This document shows positions 45,902 through 53,027 of a stretch of 64,000 bases of DNA, one piece after another. Each line of letters opens with the position of its first letter. Positions within the stretch are counted from its first letter, which is position 1. The position numbers and the translations under genes are program-made. The stretch spans positions 14,865 through 78,864 of the forward strand of contig JAFTVE010000002.1 of NCBI GenBank assembly GCA_017465905.1, read 5' to 3'. Source of the stretch: Bacteroidaceae bacterium (GTDB lineage: Bacteria > Bacteroidota > Bacteroidia > Bacteroidales > Bacteroidaceae). The notes under the pieces were generated by a model, which saw only the letters and a program-made list of their open reading frames with translations, was not told the DNA's origin and made no database searches.

Positions 45902-48652
45902 TTAAATAGTAAATTTCGCAATTGTCTCCTTAATCGCAGCAATCTTGCTCTCGGCATCGGCCTGCTTCTTGCGCTCGGCGGCTACTACGGCTTCGGGGGC
46001 ATTGCTTACAAAACGTTCGTTGGAAAGTTTCTTCATCACTGAGTTAAGGAAACCTTCGAGGTAGGTGAGCTCGGCCTGCAGCTTGGCAACTTCGGCCTCT
46101 ACATCGATGAGGCTGCCCAGAGGTACGGCATACTCGGTGGTGCCTACCATGAATGATGAGGTACCCTCGCTCTTGGCTTCTACTACATTGATAGCTTCGA
46201 GGTTGGCCATCTTCTCAATAATTGCATTGTAGGTAGCTACAGCGTGATTGCCTACCACTTCAAGGCTGAGCGCCTCCTTCTGCGCGATGTTCTTCTGCAA
46301 ACGGATGGTGCGCACGCCACTGATAATGCTCTTTACGGTCTCGATGTCGGCTATGAGCTGCTCGTCGTACTTGTCGGCAAAAATCTTTACGCTTTGTGTC
46401 ATGATGCTCTCGCCGGGCTTGCGTTCCTCGATAGCTTGCCACAACTCTTCGGTGATGAAGGGCATGAAGGGGTGGAGCAGGCGAAGCAGGGCGTCGAAGT
46501 AGTGAAGTGTGGCATCGTAGGTCTGCTTGTCGATAGCACAACCGTAGGCGGGCTTCACAATCTCAAGATACCAGCTGGAGAACTCATCCCAGAACAGGCG
46601 GTATATAGCCATCAGTGCCTCGCTCAAGCGGTACTTGCTCATCAGGTCGTCCACCTCGAGGGCTGTCTTGGTGAGCATAGCATCGAACCACTGGCAACCC
46701 AAGCGGGCAGCCTCGGGCTGAGCGATGGTGGCATCTACATTCCAACCCTTTACGAGGCGGAAGGCGTTCCAAATCTTGTTGTTGAAGTTACGGCCCTGCT
46801 CGCAGAGTGCATCATCGAAGAGGATGTCGTTGCCGGCAGGAGCGCAGAGCATCATACCCATACGCACGCCATCGGCACCATACTGGGCGATGAGGTCGAG
46901 CGGGTCGGGCGAGTTGCCGAGGCTCTTCGACATCTTGCGTCCCAGCTTGTCGCGTACGATACCGGTGAAGTATACATTCTTGAATGGCATGTCGCCCTTG
47001 TACTCGTAGCCTGCCATAATCATACGGGCTACCCAGAAGAAGATGATGTCCGGGCCAGTCACCAGGTCTGAGGTGGGGTAGTAGTAGTTGAGTTCGGCAT
47101 TGTCGGGGTTGTTGATACCGTCAAACAGTGAGATGGGCCACAGCCATGATGAGAACCATGTGTCGAGGGCATCCTCGTCCTGACGCAGCTCAGCAGCTGT
47201 AATATTCTCGTATCCCTCAATCTTGCGGGCCAACTCAACGGCTTCGTTAATGCTCTCGGCTACTACGAAGGCCTCCTCGGCACCCTCTGCGGTGGGCAGG
47301 AAGTAGGCCGGTATGCGGTGTCCCCACCAGAGCTGACGACTGATGCACCAGTCCTGAATGTTCTCCAACCAGTTGTTGTAGGTGGTCTTGTACTTGGCGG
47401 GGTAGAATTTGAGTTCGTCGTTCATTACGGGCGGCAGGGCGATGTCGGCAAAGTGCTGCATACGGAGGAACCACTGCATGCAGAGACGCGGCTCAACGGC
47501 TGTGTCGGCATTGCGCTCCGAGTAGCCCACCTTGTTGTCGTAGTCTTCCACCTTCTCGAGCAGACCAGCAGCTTCGAGGTCCTTGGCGATGAGGCGGCGC
47601 ACCTCCATGCGGTCCTTGCCTACATAGAGTCCGGCTTCCTCGCTCAGTGTGCCGTCGGGGTTGAAGATGTCGATAGTCTCCAGATTGTGCTTCTTGCCCA
47701 GCATGTAGTCATTGGTGTCGTGAGCAGGAGTCACCTTCAAGCAACCTGTACCGAACTCGATGTCTACGTAGCGGTCCTCGATGACAGGAATCTCGCGACC
47801 TACGAGCGGTACGATGACCTTCTGTCCCTTGAGCCAAGTGTTCTTGGGGTCCTTGGGGTTGATACACATGGCCGTGTCGCCCATGATGGTCTCGGGGCGA
47901 GTGGTAGCCACTACGGCGTAGTAACCTTTCTCGTCTTTGTGGATGACGTTGTCGAGTTGAAAGTTGAAAGATGAAAGTGGAGAGTGGCCGTCCGGATGGC
48001 AACTTTCATCTGTCATCTTTCCACTTTCCACTTGTCCTACCACATAATACTTCAGATAATACAGCTTGCTCTTCTCCTCCTTGTATATTACCTCTTCGTT
48101 GGAGAGGGCAGTCTGTGCCTTGGGGTCCCAGTTTACCATGCGCAGGCCGCGGTAGATAAGCCCCTTGTTGTAGAGGTCTACGAACACCTTGATGACGCTT
48201 GCGCTGCGCTTCTCGTCCATGGTGAAGGCCGTACGGTCCCAGTCGCATGAGGCACCCAGCTTACGCAATTGCTTGAGGATGATGCCGCCGTGCTCGTCGG
48301 TCCACTCCCAAGCATGCTTGAGGAACTCCTCACGGGTGAGGTCGCTCTTCTTGATGCCCTGTTCGGCGAGCTTCTTCACCACCTTGGCTTCGGTAGCGAT
48401 AGAGGCATGGTCGGTACCCGGTACCCAGCAAGCATTCTTGCCCAGCATACGTGCGCGGCGCACGAGAATGTCCTGGATGGTATTGTTTAGCATGTGTCCC
48501 ATGTGAAGCACACCCGTCACGTTGGGTGGGGGAATGACCACTGTATAGGGCTCGCGGCCGTCGGGCTCAGAGTGGAAGAGTTTGTTGTCTAACCAATATT
48601 GATACCATTTACCCTCAACATCCGTGGGGTTGTATTTGCTTGCTAATTCCAT
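45902..48652 (-). CDS. valS: valine--tRNA ligase (contains an in-frame repeat-derived insert)
   Basis: [13 protein letters not shown] (HIGH), KMSKSLGN (KMSKS), [10 protein letters not shown], and a C-terminal coiled coil. 916 aa. Confidence 0.95.
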   Translation of the reverse strand: MELASKYNPTDVEGKWYQYWLDNKLFHSEPDGREPYTVVIPPPNVTGVLHMGHMLNNTIQDILVRRARMLGKNACWVPGTDHASIATEAKVVKKLAEQGIKKSDLTREEFLKHAWEWTDEHGGIILKQLRKLGASCDWDRTAFTMDEKRSASVIKVFVDLYNKGLIYRGLRMVNWDPKAQTALSNEEVIYKEEKSKLYYLKYYVVGQVESGKMTDESCHPDGHSPLSSFNFQLDNVIHKDEKGYYAVVATTRPETIMGDTAMCINPKDPKNTWLKGQKVIVPLVGREIPVIEDRYVDIEFGTGCLKVTPAHDTNDYMLGKKHNLETIDIFNPDGTLSEEAGLYVGKDRMEVRRLIAKDLEAAGLLEKVEDYDNKVGYSERNADTAVEPRLCMQWFLRMQHFADIALPPVMNDELKFYPAKYKTTYNNWLENIQDWCISRQLWWGHRIPAYFLPTAEGAEEAFVVAESINEAVELARKIEGYENITAAELRQDEDALDTWFSSWLWPISLFDGINNPDNAELNYYYPTSDLVTGPDIIFFWVARMIMAGYEYKGDMPFKNVYFTGIVRDKLGRKMSKSLGNSPDPLDLIAQYGADGVRMGMMLCAPAGNDILFDDALCEQGRNFNNKIWNAFRLVKGWNVDATIAQPEAARLGCQWFDAMLTKTALEVDDLMSKYRLSEALMAIYRLFWDEFSSWYLEIVKPAYGCAIDKQTYDATLHYFDALLRLLHPFMPFITEELWQAIEERKPGESIMTQSVKIFADKYDEQLIADIETVKSIISGVRTIRLQKNIAQKEALSLEVVGNHAVATYNAIIEKMANLEAINVVEAKSEGTSSFMVGTTEYAVPLGSLIDVEAEVAKLQAELTYLEGFLNSVMKKLSNERFVSNAPEAVVAAERKKQADAESKIAAIKETIAKFTI
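47954..48031. repeat. GAAAG-word hairpin element, short 78-bp copy inside the valS coding sequence
   Basis: First 24 nt AGTTGAAAGTTGAAAGATGAAAGT are identical to 4885-4908 and 5412-5435. The loop keeps CCGGATGGCAA. The right arm AACTTTCATCTGTCATCTTTCCACTTTCCAC is similar to about 5545-5575. Confidence 0.85.
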
Positions 48653-48692
48653 AGTTTATATGTCGTTTATATACAATTATCCAAATTGAGCG

Positions 48693-48700
48693 CAAAGATA
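48693..48700 (-). promoter_or_regulatory. -7 box TAtcTTTG for valS
   Basis: Plus strand CAAAGATA, 41 nt upstream of the ATG at 48652. Confidence 0.5.
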
Positions 48701-48820
48701 CGAATAAACGAGCGAAAAATATCAAGCTTGCTTGAATATTTCTCTCTGCGAGTGATAGTATCTTCACGGCATAGCCGTAAAATTAGTGCAAACCGAGAGA
48801 AAAAGCATTTAAGCTGAGCC

Positions 48821-49762
48821 TTATCGCTCGGCTCTCATCGGGTTGTTGAGGAAGTCGTCATACGAGAGTCGTATGCCCTCTTCCAGCTCGGTGCTGTACT
48901 GCCAGCCTAATCCTTTGGCTTTCGATACGTCGAGCAGTTTGCGCGGGGTGCCATTGGGTTTCGAGGTGTCCCACAGGATTTCGCCCTCGTATCCTACTAC
49001 TTTGGCTACCAGTGTGGTAAGCTCTTTTATGCTGACCTCCTTGCCGGTACCGGCGTTTACGGTTTCGTTGCCGCTGTAGTTGTTCATCAAGAACACACAC
49101 AGGTTGGCAAGGTCATCTACATAAAGAAACTCGCGCAGAGGAGTGCCGTCGCCCCAGCAGGTGACGGTGGGGAGCCCTGCCTCTTTGGCTTCGTGGAAAC
49201 GGCGTATGAGGGCCGGAAGCACATGGCTGTGTGTGGGGTGATAGTTGTCGTTGGGACCGTACAGATTGGTAGGCATCACGCTGATGAAGTCTGTGCCATA
49301 CTGCCTGTTCAGATATTCGCAATACTTGAGTCCCGAGATCTTGGCCAGTGCGTACGCCTCGTTGGTAGGTTCGAGGGATGAGGTGAGCAGACAGCTCTCG
49401 GGCATAGGCTGTGGCGCCAAGCGTGGATATATGCACGAAGAACCCAAGAACTCCAGTTTCTTGCAATCATTCTTCCAAGCTGCGTGTATGACGTTCATCT
49501 CCAGCATCATGTTCTCATACATGAAGTCGGCCAGTGCTGTCTGGTTGGCAATGATACCTCCTACCTTGGCGGCGGCGAGGAATACATATTCGGGGCGCTC
49601 CTTCTCGAAGAACTCCTCCACCTGCTCTTGGCGACAGAGGTCAAGCTCGGCGTGAGTGCGTGTGATGATATTGGTGTAGCCTTGGCGCTGAAGTTCGCGT
49701 ACGATAGCCGAACCCACCATGCCACGGTGCCCAGCGACATAAATCTTGCTGTTTCTCTCCAT
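48821..49762 (-). CDS. fcl: GDP-L-fucose synthase
   Basis: [14 protein letters not shown] Rossmann motif, SSCIYP and YAxAK motifs. Confidence 0.9.
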   Translation of the reverse strand: MERNSKIYVAGHRGMVGSAIVRELQRQGYTNIITRTHAELDLCRQEQVEEFFEKERPEYVFLAAAKVGGIIANQTALADFMYENMMLEMNVIHAAWKNDCKKLEFLGSSCIYPRLAPQPMPESCLLTSSLEPTNEAYALAKISGLKYCEYLNRQYGTDFISVMPTNLYGPNDNYHPTHSHVLPALIRRFHEAKEAGLPTVTCWGDGTPLREFLYVDDLANLCVFLMNNYSGNETVNAGTGKEVSIKELTTLVAKVVGYEGEILWDTSKPNGTPRKLLDVSKAKGLGWQYSTELEEGIRLSYDDFLNNPMRAER

Positions 49763-49790
49763 TGCTTAATTGTGAATTATGATACTTTGT

Positions 49791-49855
49791 ATCAAGATTC
49801 CTTGCTTGCTTGGCAGAGTAATAATAAGTTTTACTCTACTCTCGCTACGCTGCGG
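49791..49855 (-). repeat. 65-nt bipartite conserved motif, copy B (gmd-fcl spacer)
   Basis: Minus strand reads CCGCAGCGTAGCGAGAG-N23-TGCCAAGCAAGCAAGGAATCTTGAT. Preceded on that strand by an (AATTGTG/AATTGTC)n-type array at 49856-49920. Confidence 0.8.
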
Positions 49856-49920
49856 AATTGTGAATTGTGAATTGTCAATTGTGAATTGTGAATTGTGAAT
49901 TGTCAATTGTCAATTGTCAA
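49856..49920. repeat. tandem heptamer array (AATTGTG/AATTGTC), about 9 units
   Basis: GAATTGTGAATTGTGAATTGTCAATTGTGAATTGTGAATTGTGAATTGTCAATTGTCAATTGTCAATT, immediately after the gmd stop codon. Confidence 0.9.
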
Positions 49921-51048
49921 TTACTTCACTATTCCCTTCTCCAGATACTCCACCAGGTTGGTGCGTATGCTCTCTCCGGCACGTTCTACGGCTACCTTGG
50001 CCATATCGGCATCCACCATAATCTTTACCAGTTCCTCGAAGGTCGTTTTCTGAGGGTTCCAGCCGAGCTTCTCTTTCGCTTTGGATGGGTCGCCCCAAAG
50101 ATTGACGACGTCGGTGGGGCGGAAGAAATCGGCAGATACCTCAATCAGTACATCTCCCACTGTCAGTCGCTTATTCACAGCCGATAGCTGGGGAGTGATG
50201 CTCTTGATGACACCCTTCTCGTCGGCCCCTTCACCTACGAACTCCAGCTCGATGCCTACGTGCTTGAACGCATAGTAGCAGAAGTCGCGCACCGAGTGCT
50301 GTATGCCGGTGGCGATGACGAAGTCCTCAGGCTTGTCGTTCTGCAGCATCAGCCACATACATTCCACGTAGTCCTTGGCATATCCCCAGTCGCGCAGCGA
50401 TGACAGGTTGCCCAGATATAGCTTGCTTTGTTTACCCTGGGCAATGCGTGCCGCAGCAAGGGTTATCTTGCGTGTGACGAAGGTCTCGCCACGGCGCTCG
50501 CTCTCGTGATTGAAGAGGATGCCCGAGCAGCAAAACATGTTGTATGCCTCGCGGTACTCCTTCACTATCCAGTGGCCGTACAGCTTGGCTACAGCATACG
50601 GACTATAGGGGTGGAAGGGTGTTTCCTCGTTCTGAGGCACTTCCTCTACCTTGCCGTACAGTTCCGATGTAGAAGCCTGGTAGATGTGGCATGTATCGGC
50701 CAAGCCGCTGAGACGTACAGCTTCGAGGATGCGCAATACTCCGGTGGCATCTACATTGGCCGTAAACTCGGGTGAGTCAAAGCTCACCTGCACGTGGCTC
50801 TGTGCAGCGAGGTTGTATATCTCGTCGGGACGCACCTTGCTAATAACCCGAATCAGGCTCATGGAGTCGCCCAGGTCGGCATAGTGGAGGTGAAATTTCG
50901 GCTGCCCCTCAAGGTGTGCTATACGTTCGCGATAGTCTACCGATGAGCGGCGTATAGTACCATGTACCTCGTATCCTTTGCTTAAAAGAAACTCAGAAAG
51001 GAACGAACCGTCCTGACCGGTGATACCGGTTATCAAAGCTGTTTTCAT
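49921..51048 (-). CDS. gmd: GDP-mannose 4,6-dehydratase
   Basis: [26 protein letters not shown] and NHESERRG motifs. -7 box at 51072-51079. Confidence 0.95.
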   Translation of the reverse strand: MKTALITGITGQDGSFLSEFLLSKGYEVHGTIRRSSVDYRERIAHLEGQPKFHLHYADLGDSMSLIRVISKVRPDEIYNLAAQSHVQVSFDSPEFTANVDATGVLRILEAVRLSGLADTCHIYQASTSELYGKVEEVPQNEETPFHPYSPYAVAKLYGHWIVKEYREAYNMFCCSGILFNHESERRGETFVTRKITLAAARIAQGKQSKLYLGNLSSLRDWGYAKDYVECMWLMLQNDKPEDFVIATGIQHSVRDFCYYAFKHVGIELEFVGEGADEKGVIKSITPQLSAVNKRLTVGDVLIEVSADFFRPTDVVNLWGDPSKAKEKLGWNPQKTTFEELVKIMVDADMAKVAVERAGESIRTNLVEYLEKGIVK

Positions 51049-51071
51049 ATACTTGTCCTTTAATTATTTCG

Positions 51072-51079
51072 CAAAATTA
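51072..51079 (-). promoter_or_regulatory. -7 box TAatTTTG for gmd
   Basis: Plus strand CAAAATTA, 24 nt upstream of the ATG at 51048. TTGC lies about 20 nt further upstream, in the -33 position. Confidence 0.55.
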
Positions 51080-51370
51080 GTGCAAGCCGAGAGAAAATGC
51101 AAGCTTGCTTAATATTATTTTCTTCCTTGTCACTCGGCAGAGATTGTGTAAGCCCATCTCTGCTCTCGTTCCTGCGTCAGTTGCAATTTTCCGAGGCGCA
51201 GCCTAATTTCTGGCCTGCATAGCAGGACTAAAGATAGTGCAAGCCGAGAGAAAATGCAAGCTTGCTTAATTTTATTTTCTTCCTTGTCACTCGGCATAGA
51301 GATTAGGCAAGCCCATCTCTGCTCTCGTTCCTGCATTAGTTGCAATTTTCCGAGGCGCCGCCTAATTTCT
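51079..51370. repeat. two direct repeats of about 134 bp (period 157 bp), each carrying a promoter-like module
   Basis: 51079-51211 and 51236-51370 align with few mismatches (AGTGCAAGCCGAGAGAAAATGCAAGCTTGCTTAAT...CCGAGGCGC.GCCTAATTTCT). Confidence 0.85.
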
Positions 51371-51431
51371 CCATCCCTTTGGCCCGATCAAGTACACGTC
51401 CTCGATGAAATGGACGATTTTTAGATGCTCC

Positions 51432-51845
51432 CTATATGGCGAAAGTTCATAAATCGGTTGGCTTTGGCAACGCGGAGAGAACAGAGCCAAATTCATTTGA
51501 ACTCTGCTCACGAGCAAGCAAGCACAACAAATTCAGTACTTCCCCGTCAGTACTCCAGTACTGAGCCGTAAGTACTCGAGTACTTGGTCATAAGTACTAT
51601 AGTACTTGCATGAAAGTACTGATAGTTACGCCTTTTTTCTGTCTTAAGATTGTCGTTTCAGTGTGAGTCGTGCTAAAGAAGTTTACAATATAGGGCTTAA
51701 TATACTGAAAAGGTTGACAATTATTCTTTCATTCCTATTGGCTATAGTATTAAAACAAACTCTTAATATCCGTCAAGAAGTTAACGTTATCGTTGCAGCG
51801 TTCCGCACTGCCAAAGCCAACCGATTTATGAACTTTTGCCAATAG
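51432..51845. mobile_element. 414-bp segment bounded by 37-38 bp inverted repeats (MITE-like, or invertible/ori-like segment; nature unknown)
   Basis: Left CTATATGGCGAAAGTTCATAAATCGGTTGGCTTTGGCA (51432-51469). The reverse complement of 51809-51845 is CTATTGGCAAAAGTTCATAAATCGGTTGGCTTTGGCA, with a 28-nt perfect core. Confidence 0.4.
51535..51620. repeat. eight AGTACT hexamers in a strict 14/8/14/8/14/8/14-bp start-to-start pattern (22-bp period)
   Basis: AGTACT starts at 51535, 51549, 51557, 51571, 51579, 51593, 51601 and 51615. The spacers (N8 and N2) are not conserved. Confidence 0.9.
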
Positions 51846-51930
51846 GGAATGGAGCGGAGGGGGACTCTCTTCCATCATCCATCAACCGCAGCTCCGCTCT
51901 CCTGTTTTCGTTATCGTTAGAAGATTGCTG

Positions 51931-52968
51931 TCAATCGACAGCAGTCTTTTTTCCATCCTTGATATAGATACCGCGCGCGGGATTATCCACGGGGCGACCC
52001 TGCAGGTCGTAGTAGGGTGCTTCGGTTGATTTCTCTTCTATCATTAAGCCGATGGAGGAAATACCTTGGGGTACTACTGCTGTTATAAGTCCCCAATGAA
52101 CCGTATATCTCTCTTGGGTGAGACCGGGAATCCTCACGTCTATGGCATTTACACTTCTACAATCTGCCTCATCGTTATAGGGATATCTCGCGAAGCCAAT
52201 CCGTATGTCTTCATGCTTTTCCTCGATTAATAAATAAGCTCCTCCTTCACAATAGCCTTCAATATATCCTCCGACATAGAGCGTATCGTTACGCAAATCA
52301 AATGTCATGCGGTTACCGGCATGGGCGGCTTTATATTCCTCATAACTGCCAAAATCCTCCTCGTTCACCTTTTCTCCATATCGGACAGACATGCCACGCA
52401 AGTTGTTTTCCTGAAAATCGAATTCGTAAGCGATAATATCCCTATACTCTTCCACGTATAGGCTGCTATATATTAAATGCGTGTTTCCTGCTTTGGGCGG
52501 ATTGATACCATATCGTAATGAACCAACGTCTTCAATCCATACATCGGTAAAGTCCTGCTGTTCTATTCCGCGCAGATGGAGTGTCTTGCAAACAGTTTCT
52601 TCTCCCCACCAGCATTTCATCAGCGTGTCAGTCTTTTGCTCTACTATCACATTAAGCCCGTCATACAACGCGAAGGTATCACCCACTTCCAGACCGAAAT
52701 CCATAACCATATACTCCTTCTCTTCAGTTGGACTATAGCAGTAGATTCTGTTGCCGTCTTGTCGGTAAAAATAACGCAAATCAATATCTTTGGCATATTC
52801 GATGCCATCTATAGTGTGCGTGCCAAATAGGTAATACGAAGAGCAACCGTTGTTCTCGTATAGTATGAAGCCTCTGTATGTATCGATGAATTGGCGAATC
52901 TCTTGCGCTTGCAAGGCATTGCCACAAACCATGATGATACAAATCAATGTTGTCGATAGTCGTTTCAT
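51931..52968 (-). CDS. hypothetical secreted protein with short T9SS-type C-terminal sorting motif
   Basis: Signal peptide MKRLSTTLICIIMVCGNALQAQ. C-terminus YYDLQGRPVDNPARGIYIKDGKKTAVD resembles the short T9SS CTD form. AT-rich gene. Confidence 0.55.
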   Translation of the reverse strand: MKRLSTTLICIIMVCGNALQAQEIRQFIDTYRGFILYENNGCSSYYLFGTHTIDGIEYAKDIDLRYFYRQDGNRIYCYSPTEEKEYMVMDFGLEVGDTFALYDGLNVIVEQKTDTLMKCWWGEETVCKTLHLRGIEQQDFTDVWIEDVGSLRYGINPPKAGNTHLIYSSLYVEEYRDIIAYEFDFQENNLRGMSVRYGEKVNEEDFGSYEEYKAAHAGNRMTFDLRNDTLYVGGYIEGYCEGGAYLLIEEKHEDIRIGFARYPYNDEADCRSVNAIDVRIPGLTQERYTVHWGLITAVVPQGISSIGLMIEEKSTEAPYYDLQGRPVDNPARGIYIKDGKKTAVD

Positions 52969-53027
52969 AATATTACTAATTCTTATAATTATACGGCAAA
53001 GATAGTATCTTTTATTAGAACTTACAA

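Noticed and set aside
49856-49920. Possibility that the word-repeat arrays (here and at 11318-11408, 19293-19380, 34700-34780 and 45776-45901) are CRISPR arrays.
   Set aside because: The units are 5-9 nt, imperfect and contiguous. There are no 25-40 nt constant repeats alternating with unique spacers, and no cas genes in the window.
51470-51808. Calling the inverted-repeat-bounded segment an invertible promoter (inverton) controlling gmd-fcl.
   Set aside because: I found no TAnnTTTG box on either strand inside the segment. gmd has its own promoter outside it, and no recombinase gene is nearby. Inversion remains testable but is not claimed.
51130-51845. ORFs 51130-51345(-) and 51663-51845(+, GTG start) upstream of gmd.
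   Set aside because: The first is read straight through the two 134-bp direct repeats, so its peptide is itself repeated. The second runs into the right inverted repeat. Neither has start-site support.
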